Source: Candidatus Saccharimonadales bacterium
GTDB lineage: Bacteria > Patescibacteriota > Saccharimonadia > Saccharimonadales > EFPC-124
Reading direction: 5' to 3'
NCBI GenBank assembly: GCA_035457485.1
Contig: DATIBO010000006.1
Span: 94,134 to 158,133, forward strand
Length of the DNA: 64,000 bases
The position numbers and the translations under genes are program-made. Below are positions 10,028 through 17,865 of the stretch, in pieces (the first letter of the stretch is position 1; each line of letters begins with the position of its first letter). Below the pieces are notes generated by a model. The model searched no databases. It worked only from the letters and a program-made list of their open reading frames with translations, and had not been told where the DNA came from.

Positions 10028-11008
10028 ATGACTAACTGGCAACCTGGTATTCCGGATCAAAAATGGGATGATCAATTATTTAAAAGCGGTGGCGCCTTTA
10101 CGCAAAGCAGCCATTGGGCGGCTGTGCAGGCTGCGCTCGGCAAAAAAACTTTTTATGCAAAAGGTGCCGGATGGCAATGCTTAGCGATTTTAGAACAAGG
10201 TCAGCTTGGCAACCGGATTTACTGCCCTTATGGCCCTCAGGTTTCCTCCCGCTCAGGTTTTGACTTAGCGCTTAGTGCCCTTAAACACTTATCTAAACAA
10301 GAAGAAGTTAGCTATTTTCGTGTAGAGCCCGTTGGAAATCTCACAACTAAACAATTACAGGTCCGGGGATTAAAGCGAGCGCCTAAAGATATACAGCCTC
10401 ACTACACCTGGGTTAAAGATTTAACCAGATCAACTGACGAGCTACTAAGTGAAATGACCAGCACCAACCGTAACTTGTACAACACGGCCGCAAAAAAAGG
10501 TCTAAAATTTAAGCAAAGCAGCTCGGCTGGCGACTTGCCAATATTTTTAGATATGATTCACGAGGTGGCAAAATTAACTGGGATCACCCCGCACAGCGAC
10601 AAAGTATTTCAGGCGATTGCAAGCACTCTGTTGCAGCGCGGTGCAGCTAAGATTTACATCGCCACACACAAAAATGAGCCAGTTGCCAGCGCTTTAGTCT
10701 ACGACAGCCCGACCACGCGTTATTACGCTCATGCCGCCAGCTACCGCGAAGCACGCAAGCTACACCCCGGTAGCCCGCTACTCAGTACCATGATTTTCGA
10801 CGCAAAACAAAACGGCCAGGCCAATTTTGACTTTTTTGGAATCGCTCCACCCAACGAAAAAAACCACAAATGGTCAGGCTTCACGCATTTTAAACAATCT
10901 TTCGGTGGACATATGCGGGAATTTTTGGGAACCTGGGAACTTCCGACTAAACCGCTACACTACGTAGCATATCGCCTAGCGCATAAAGCTAAAGGTTTGT
11001 TAAAATAA
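10028..11008 (+). CDS. FemABX-family lipid II:aminoacyl-tRNA peptidyltransferase
   Basis: FTQSxxW, YCPYGP, FDFFG and FKQSFGG motifs. Start placed at ATG 10028, 7 nt after a TATACT -10. Confidence 0.88.
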   Translation: MTNWQPGIPDQKWDDQLFKSGGAFTQSSHWAAVQAALGKKTFYAKGAGWQCLAILEQGQLGNRIYCPYGPQVSSRSGFDLALSALKHLSKQEEVSYFRVEPVGNLTTKQLQVRGLKRAPKDIQPHYTWVKDLTRSTDELLSEMTSTNRNLYNTAAKKGLKFKQSSSAGDLPIFLDMIHEVAKLTGITPHSDKVFQAIASTLLQRGAAKIYIATHKNEPVASALVYDSPTTRYYAHAASYREARKLHPGSPLLSTMIFDAKQNGQANFDFFGIAPPNEKNHKWSGFTHFKQSFGGHMREFLGTWELPTKPLHYVAYRLAHKAKGLLK

Positions 11009-12036
11009 TGCGTTTTGCTCAAGTTCACGAGTTAGAACACTGGGATGAACTAATTATAGAATCTCCTAACGGCGGTGATGTGTTTCAAACAAAAGCGTTC
11101 GCACAAATCAAACAGTCGCAAGGTTGGATGCCACAATATGTCATTTATGACGTTAAAAACATTGCTTGCCTTTACTTAAGTCGTAAGGTTCCCTTAATTG
11201 GTGAACTTTGGTATTCACCCAAAGGCCCTGGCGCAACAAATGTCACAGACTTTGAGCAAATTTTAAAAGAGAACCAGGAATTTGCTCAAGACAAAAAAAT
11301 TTTTGCTTTTAAAATGGAGCCCGAGATTTTGCAGACAGATGGTTATCCAAAAGATTTACACAAAGTCCATAATATTCAACCTAACGCCAGCACCGTAATT
11401 ATCGATTTATCACCTAACGAAGCTGCTATTTTGGCTACATTCAGGCAACGTGCGCGTCGCGCAATTAGGCAAGCCGAAGCCGCAGGCGTAACGGCCGAAC
11501 CAGTCACCCCAACGCAAGAAAACTTTGAACAAATGTACAAACTTTACAAAGGCACCGGCGAACGAGCTGGGTTCCACGTACGTGACTTCAACTATCACAG
11601 ATCGTTATGGCAAAAATGGATCGACGCCCATCAAGGTCAACTATTTTTTGCATACCACAATAAACAAGTTATTGCCGGCGTTTTTATAGCTTTAATTGGC
11701 AAAAAAGGACTCTACAAAGACGGGGCATCGGATCGCGACGCACTAAAAAGTGGCGCTGCTCATTTATTACAGTGGCGAGTTATGCAGTGGTTAAAATCAA
11801 GGGGCGTAACTAAGTACGACCTCCACGGCACTCCCCCGGCCGATCAGCTAGAAAACACCCAGCACAAGTTTTATGGATTAGGACTTTTTAAAACATCCTT
11901 TAGCAATAGTTTGACCGAATTTGTCGGAACCCTCGATCAGCCAATCAATCAAAATGCCTACAAAGCCTGGTGCAAGCTTGGGGAGCGAGCCAGTCAAAGC
12001 CTAGAATACAGATTTAAAAATAGAACTTTTTACTAA
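11008..12036 (+). CDS. FemABX-family lipid II:aminoacyl-tRNA peptidyltransferase
   Basis: FQTxxF, YSPKGP, RRAIRQA, YDLHG and GLxxFKxSF motifs; TAATG overlap with the upstream gene. Confidence 0.88.
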   Translation: MRFAQVHELEHWDELIIESPNGGDVFQTKAFAQIKQSQGWMPQYVIYDVKNIACLYLSRKVPLIGELWYSPKGPGATNVTDFEQILKENQEFAQDKKIFAFKMEPEILQTDGYPKDLHKVHNIQPNASTVIIDLSPNEAAILATFRQRARRAIRQAEAAGVTAEPVTPTQENFEQMYKLYKGTGERAGFHVRDFNYHRSLWQKWIDAHQGQLFFAYHNKQVIAGVFIALIGKKGLYKDGASDRDALKSGAAHLLQWRVMQWLKSRGVTKYDLHGTPPADQLENTQHKFYGLGLFKTSFSNSLTEFVGTLDQPINQNAYKAWCKLGERASQSLEYRFKNRTFY

Positions 12037-12060
12037 TTTACTGTTAGAATAACCTTCACC

Positions 12061-12948
12061 ATGAGTCCCGAGCGTTCCGAAAACCAGGAAGTTTTTACTG
12101 GAATCGATTTCTTTGCCACCGGTTTTACCGAAATTGCCCAACAACCACACCTAGGTAAAAATGCCAGCGGCCCACACACCGAAGTTATTAGGTCTGTTTT
12201 GAATAAAATTCAAGAAGAGCTCACTCAAATTGACGATCGGCTCGATCCTGGATTTCTTACAAGTCAGGATTATTTTACACCGGACATGCGCGCCTTAAGC
12301 GACACTTTGGCGCTACATAAGCGCGCACAAACATCTGACCTCGCCGGACACAAAGACACGAGTTTAGCGCATGTTTTTAACGAGGCAATTTGGCCTGATT
12401 TACAAAATCAACATATTGATTCGCACCTCCTAGCCGAACCGCCATTTGCCACAATGCGCGGCTTAAATATGCTGTACGATGGAATTGTTGGGATTCGTTC
12501 GTGTGCCAACGCATGCTTTAGGATGGTTTTTGCGGGAGTAACTGGCACGATGCCCGCAGCCCGCAGCGTTGCCTACGGTGCTACACAGGTTTTTGGCGAT
12601 CCCGTGATTGAAAATCATCAGTACTTAAACTTTTTTCACAGCACCGCTTTTAAAAAGTTTTACAAAAAGCGCGTCGCTACTGTTGATATTTTAGGATCAG
12701 ACTTTAGCACCATCGCTAACTTAGCACAGATCGCAAACAAACACGCCGCTAAGTTGTTTTGTATATTGCCTCTAAAATCAACAAACTCCAGCTTAGCTAA
12801 ACATCAGGTAATTTTAACTGGCGTTGCCCAAGATGAAGTTATGTTTACCGATCCGCTAAGCGGTCACAAAAATTTTGCACCAAAACAGCAATTTGCAGAA
12901 CGCTGGGCCCAAGCGCTGAATCAGGCCTTAATTGTGATTGCTTTTTAA
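12061..12948 (+). CDS. Hypothetical protein with probable C39-like (papain-fold) cysteine peptidase domain
   Basis: SCANACFRM (Cys), HQVILTG (His) and FTDP in C39-like order. Confidence 0.55.
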   Translation: MSPERSENQEVFTGIDFFATGFTEIAQQPHLGKNASGPHTEVIRSVLNKIQEELTQIDDRLDPGFLTSQDYFTPDMRALSDTLALHKRAQTSDLAGHKDTSLAHVFNEAIWPDLQNQHIDSHLLAEPPFATMRGLNMLYDGIVGIRSCANACFRMVFAGVTGTMPAARSVAYGATQVFGDPVIENHQYLNFFHSTAFKKFYKKRVATVDILGSDFSTIANLAQIANKHAAKLFCILPLKSTNSSLAKHQVILTGVAQDEVMFTDPLSGHKNFAPKQQFAERWAQALNQALIVIAF

Positions 12949-13064
12949 GTATTGAAGCCAACAGCGATCAAGCCGAAGCCCACGATAAAACTCCAGGTCA
13001 AAAAAAGCGTGACACTAGAGCGCGCGAATTAGCACGGCGCATTTTTAACAAACTCAGGCGAAAA

Positions 13065-14360
13065 TCACCGCCCAAGCTTAGCTAACTCTTCCTTCACAAC
13101 CCTGCGGTCATCCCAGTCGATTTTGCCTTCACCCATTCCACGGTAATCTTGATTTCCTAACCCCGGAATCAGCACAATGTCACCCGTTTTGGCCATTTTT
13201 AGCGCTGTCGCAATAGCTTCACGTCGCTCAATAACCTCTTTAAAGTCGATTTTCTTATTAGAGCTTTCTATTCCGCGTCTTATCATTGACCGGATCTTTT
13301 CGGAATCCTCGGTGTAATTTTCGAGTTCCGTTAGAATCACTACGTCAGAATTTTCGGCACATAACTTGCCAATTGGTTCACGTTTGCTTGCGTCACGATC
13401 ACCATCGCAACCAATCACGGTAATCAATCGCTTACCACCTAACCTTTTAACCTCACCAAAGAGTTTTTTAAGCGCGTCGGTTGTATGTGCGTGATCAATT
13501 AATACACTAAAGCCCTGACCTTCGTCGATAAATTGCATGCGGCCAGGAACATTTATCAATGCATTAAAACCCGTCTGGATCGCCTGATCATCCGCATCAT
13601 AAAACCTCGCAACCGTGATAGCCGCCATCGCGTTATAAACATTAAAAAGCCCAGTTAAATGCATTTTGAACTTCGATTTCTTTTCGTCTGTTTCTAAAAC
13701 AAATTCAGCACCTTTCGGATCCAACTTAACGGCAGTCAATTTAGTGTCGGCTAAATCTGCTTTGCCGTAGGTCAAAACGCGCGCGCGACTGGCGCTTTCA
13801 AAAGTATGAAAATATGCGTCGTCGATGTTTAGAACGCTCAGTTTTTTTGCGCGTTTAAATAGCATAGCTTTTGCGGCAGCGTAGTTTTCCATTGTGCCAT
13901 GATAGTCTAGATGGTCTTGAGTCAAGTTGGTCATCACAGCGACATCTACGGGGATTCCCCATACCCGGCCCTGAGTTAGTGCGTGACTGCTGACCTCTAA
14001 AACTAGAGTGTCACAGCCCGCAGCTTTGATCTGGCCAATTAAACTTTGCAGCTTCATACCGCCGGCAGTCGTTAAATGAGTGTCATTTTCATTGATCTCA
14101 CCACCCAAACTGGTTGTAGCTGTGCTCAGCAAGCCAACTTTATAACCGGTAGCAGTTAAAAGCGCAGCAATCATATTGCAAGTTGTAGTTTTACCGTTAG
14201 TCCCAGTTACAGCGATTACATTCATCCCCCATGATGGAAATCCGTGACGAACATTTGCTGCCATTGCTTCCGCATGATGTCGAGGAATCATAACTCTGTT
14301 ATATAAATTTTCTTCTACGTGCGCTCGCGCCCACCTTTTTACCGGTCCAAATGGGTTCAT
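13065..14360 (-). CDS. murE: MurE-family UDP-MurNAc-dipeptide amino acid ligase
   Basis: VTGTNGKTTT, EVSSH, TNLTQDHLDYH, GLFNVYN, PGRMQ and DHAHT motifs. Confidence 0.9.
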   Translation of the reverse strand: MNPFGPVKRWARAHVEENLYNRVMIPRHHAEAMAANVRHGFPSWGMNVIAVTGTNGKTTTCNMIAALLTATGYKVGLLSTATTSLGGEINENDTHLTTAGGMKLQSLIGQIKAAGCDTLVLEVSSHALTQGRVWGIPVDVAVMTNLTQDHLDYHGTMENYAAAKAMLFKRAKKLSVLNIDDAYFHTFESASRARVLTYGKADLADTKLTAVKLDPKGAEFVLETDEKKSKFKMHLTGLFNVYNAMAAITVARFYDADDQAIQTGFNALINVPGRMQFIDEGQGFSVLIDHAHTTDALKKLFGEVKRLGGKRLITVIGCDGDRDASKREPIGKLCAENSDVVILTELENYTEDSEKIRSMIRRGIESSNKKIDFKEVIERREAIATALKMAKTGDIVLIPGLGNQDYRGMGEGKIDWDDRRVVKEELAKLGR

Positions 14361-15583
14361 AATAAATCCTCAAAAACTTTTTTATCACTCCACTTTTTGC
14401 GCTTTTCGCCGTGTTGACGGTATTGGCGTGCACTGTAACCACAAACAACAATAATGTCGCCACGACGTGCAATGTTGATCGCTTTTTCTAGCGCCTCTGC
14501 TCGATCTGGGACTTCTTCAATACTAGCATCGCCAGCAGATCGGCTTGCTCCCTCGAGTAATTGCGCCCTGACAGATTCCGGGGCCTCCGTTGACAAATAA
14601 TCACCGTCAGTAACAATTACGCGACCAGAGTGACTCGCCGCCACTTCGCCAACTGCACCACGCCAAGATGTTGGTTGCCCCAAGGACGCGCTTAAAACTG
14701 TGATTATTCGATTTTTGGCAAAGTGCTTAATACTTTCTAAAACTTCGTTGACCCCGCTTGGAGAAACTGAACTATCGAGGACTATCTGGTAAGGTCGTTC
14801 TGTTACAACATATTCCGCCGCGCCAGGCTGAACCGCAAGCTTAAAGACGCCCTCTTCAATTGTTTCCAGCGGAGCATGAATCATATATGCTGCGGCTGCA
14901 GCCGCCGTTAAGCTGTAGATTGCCTGCTTAGTCGTAAGTTTGCATGTTAATGAAATTCGGGTCTGTGTATCAAAGCTCAAATTAATCTCGCAACCTTTAG
15001 GGTGCATTTTAACGCCTTCGATTCGAGCCTCTGCTCGATCACTTGTCCCGTAACTTAATACTTTTTCTGACCCAACATGCTTAGCGATCTCGTTGTAACC
15101 GCTGTCGTCACTTGGCAAAATTATGTTGCCACTGACCTTTCCAGCTAATTGTCGCAGCTGCTCAATATTTGCTGCGAGCGCAACTTGGTCAAGATGCTCA
15201 TCGGTGATTCTCCTAACAACCAAGGTTGAAATCGGTAAGGACGTAAAACCATGATCTGGTAAAAATTGCGGCAGCTGCAAAATTGCAAAATTACATTTTG
15301 CGCGTTTAATTTGAGCTAAAAGTTCCTGCAGCCTAAATGCATCTTCAATTGGCTGGGCCTGGTCACTGCCGCTCGCTCGTTCGTTTGCGATCTCAACGTA
15401 GTCAGCGCTAATCACACCAACTCGTTCACCGGAAGTTTTTAAAATTTCGGTCAAAGCCGCGATGGTAACGTCGGCTCCATCTACCCCATACACACCAATG
15501 ACGTGTAGTTTTTTCCCAGGCATCCCATGACGTAAAGCCGCAGCATGAGCACTGATTTTAGAAGTAAGCTTATTTGGCGACAC
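14357..15583 (-). CDS. MurE-like paralog with degenerate ATP-binding and catalytic motifs
   Basis: Mur ligase architecture (DRAEALEKAINIARRGDIIVVCG), but the P-loop reads GVYGVDGADVT. Confidence 0.75.
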   Translation of the reverse strand: MSPNKLTSKISAHAAALRHGMPGKKLHVIGVYGVDGADVTIAALTEILKTSGERVGVISADYVEIANERASGSDQAQPIEDAFRLQELLAQIKRAKCNFAILQLPQFLPDHGFTSLPISTLVVRRITDEHLDQVALAANIEQLRQLAGKVSGNIILPSDDSGYNEIAKHVGSEKVLSYGTSDRAEARIEGVKMHPKGCEINLSFDTQTRISLTCKLTTKQAIYSLTAAAAAAYMIHAPLETIEEGVFKLAVQPGAAEYVVTERPYQIVLDSSVSPSGVNEVLESIKHFAKNRIITVLSASLGQPTSWRGAVGEVAASHSGRVIVTDGDYLSTEAPESVRAQLLEGASRSAGDASIEEVPDRAEALEKAINIARRGDIIVVCGYSARQYRQHGEKRKKWSDKKVFEDLL

Positions 15584-15709
15584 CCCGAGACCCCGTTTAC
15601 ATACATCTATAATAGCAAATTCAACTAACGTATATGAAATTAAAGCATAAGTATATTGACTTCTGCAATTTTATGTGGTTAAAATAAGAACAGTAAAAGG
15701 CAAACAAAT

Positions 15710-16261
15710 ATGTCAACACTCGAAAAACCAGGGTATAACCCAAATTCACAAAAACAACCTAAAAGAAAGGGCTTAGGCGCGCGTTTCATGGGAATGTTCG
15801 GCGGGCCAAGAACCAATGAAGGTCCACAGCCTACCGACGAAGAATTATATGGTCCAACTCCTGAGCATTTAAAAACTGATGCAGAACGAGCGAAGGACGC
15901 GAAAGATGCAGAAGTAAGAGACTTGCACGCGGAAGGGACAGCCAAAAGAGTCACAGAAACTTATCAAAATCCAAGAAGCTGGTACAACAGGGGTATTGAT
16001 AGCGCTAATGAATACAAAAAACTGGCTGTTGATGCCACTTACGAAGGAGACATCAACAAAGCCGTGGATTACACTAAAACCATGCGCGAACATCAAAACC
16101 AGGCTATTAAAGAAGTGGAAAACCAGATGGATAGCCCATACAGCACTGGTCACTCTCAAGTTGGCAAGCAAGAAGTTATGGATAAATTACATGAACACGC
16201 GCTAAAGCAAGCCGAACAAGAGGGCGTCGACATTAAAACACCAGACGACAGCGAAAAATAA
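15710..16261 (+). CDS. Hypothetical hydrophilic protein
   Basis: 183-aa ORF with its own terminator downstream. Confidence 0.7.
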   Translation: MSTLEKPGYNPNSQKQPKRKGLGARFMGMFGGPRTNEGPQPTDEELYGPTPEHLKTDAERAKDAKDAEVRDLHAEGTAKRVTETYQNPRSWYNRGIDSANEYKKLAVDATYEGDINKAVDYTKTMREHQNQAIKEVENQMDSPYSTGHSQVGKQEVMDKLHEHALKQAEQEGVDIKTPDDSEK

Positions 16262-16264
16262 AGC

Positions 16265-16290
16265 AAACTCCGGAGCAATCCGGAGTTTTT
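16265..16290 (+). terminator. Rho-independent terminator
   Basis: AAACTCCGGA-GCAA-TCCGGAGTTTTT. Confidence 0.8.
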
Positions 16291-16330
16291 AATCTTGCAC
16301 TTCCACCCCCGTTTAGGCTAATCTTAGTGC

Positions 16331-17359
16331 ATGACTATTTTAGGTATCGAATCCAGCTGCGACGAGACGGCAGCCGCCGTTGTTAAAGACGGTTCTATTT
16401 TGCTTAGTAATATTGTACAAAGTCAGATCGATATCCATAAAATGTACGGTGGCGTTGTGCCAGAGGTTGCAGCACGCAGCCATATTGAAGTTATTCTGCC
16501 GGTGATCGATCAGGCCTTGTCGGCTGCTAAAACTACCTGGGACGACATCGATGCAATCGCTGTAACCTACGCTCCAGGCTTGATTGGGTCCCTTTTAATT
16601 GGATCCCTCGCGGCCCGCACATTAGCCCTACTTAAAAACAAGCCGCTTTACGCAATTCATCACGTTGAGGCTCATGTTTACGCAAACTTCTTGGTTAATC
16701 CACAGCCTAAACTACCCACATTAGCCCTTATCGTTAGTGGCGGTCATAGCCAACTTGTTTTATTTAACGACCATAAAGACTACAAACTGCTTGGCCAAAC
16801 ACAAGACGACGCCGTCGGCGAAGCTTTTGATAAAGTCGCTAAAATTATAGGCCTCCCCTACCCTGGCGGTCCATCAATTGCAAAAGCAGCCGAACTTGGC
16901 AATGCACTTGCCTATAAACTACCCAAGGCCCGCTTAAGTGGCAAATATGATTTTAGTTTTAGCGGCCTTAAAACAGCTACGCTGAGACTTGTACAGCAAA
17001 TGTGTGGTGTTGATCACAATTTCCCTTCAAGCCAACTTGCAGGCCTTTTAAACGATTCTCAGCGTAACGATATTGCCGCTAGCTTTCAGCGTGCTGCAGT
17101 CGAGACATTAGTCGATAAGACTCTTCTAGCTTTTAAAGATTACTCCCCTGCCTCGGTTGTGATTGCAGGTGGCGTTGCCTCTAGTGCTGCCCTGCGAAAA
17201 GAACTCTCCGACCGCCTACCGATCGAGATTAACTACCCAGCACCAAACCTTTGTACCGACAATGCAGCAATGATTGCAACGCTCGCTTTTTATCAAGCGC
17301 AAAAGCAAAAACCTGCAGATCCATTAGAGCTGCAGGTTGTACCAAGTTTAAGTATGTAA
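16331..17359 (+). CDS. tsaD: tRNA threonylcarbamoyltransferase TsaD
   Basis: GIESSCDET, GGVVPEVA, HHVEAH, SGGH, GEAFDK, FSFSGLKT and CTDNAAMI motifs. Confidence 0.97.
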   Translation: MTILGIESSCDETAAAVVKDGSILLSNIVQSQIDIHKMYGGVVPEVAARSHIEVILPVIDQALSAAKTTWDDIDAIAVTYAPGLIGSLLIGSLAARTLALLKNKPLYAIHHVEAHVYANFLVNPQPKLPTLALIVSGGHSQLVLFNDHKDYKLLGQTQDDAVGEAFDKVAKIIGLPYPGGPSIAKAAELGNALAYKLPKARLSGKYDFSFSGLKTATLRLVQQMCGVDHNFPSSQLAGLLNDSQRNDIAASFQRAAVETLVDKTLLAFKDYSPASVVIAGGVASSAALRKELSDRLPIEINYPAPNLCTDNAAMIATLAFYQAQKQKPADPLELQVVPSLSM

Positions 17360-17364
17360 AGCTA

Positions 17365-17688
17365 CTACTGGCTGATGCCACGTGCAATCTGATAAATCTT
17401 AAATGCACTGTCAAAGTACGGCTTCGCATCACCTCTTGCGCAGGTAAAGTCTCGCAATGCCTGAATACTTTCTTCAGAGTTCTCGTATAAATAATTACTG
17501 CCGTCGCTGCAGTATTTTGCTACGCCATTTTCGATCTGAACTGCATCAAGTGCGTTCGTAAAGAACATCGTAAAGAACAATACAATAAACGCAATGTTAA
17601 GAACTACCGATGCGGAAATCATTAAGTTCTTCCATGACATTTGCCATTTTCCGCTGCCGGCTGGTTTTTTTGTAACTTTATTAGCCAT
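17365..17688 (-). CDS. Hypothetical membrane-anchored protein
   Basis: One TM, a Cys pair, GGGAG SD upstream. Confidence 0.7.
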   Translation of the reverse strand: MANKVTKKPAGSGKWQMSWKNLMISASVVLNIAFIVLFFTMFFTNALDAVQIENGVAKYCSDGSNYLYENSEESIQALRDFTCARGDAKPYFDSAFKIYQIARGISQ

Positions 17689-17865
17689 ATACCACTCCCT
17701 TTTGATTTTAATATATCATGCTTTTGCTTTTGTTTTAACATTTTACGTGCCTGCTCGAAGCTGTGATATACTTACAAGCGTAAAACAAAAAGGTGAGGAA
17801 GTTCTATTTTTGTTCTAACCTGGAGGTGAAACTATCTGGTATAGTTTCATGTGAATTTTTTTATT

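Noticed and set aside
12942-13085. Open -1 frame after the T5 run ending the 12061 ORF (possible frameshift extension)
   Set aside because: No canonical slippery heptamer, short enough to be chance, and it overlaps the murE end.
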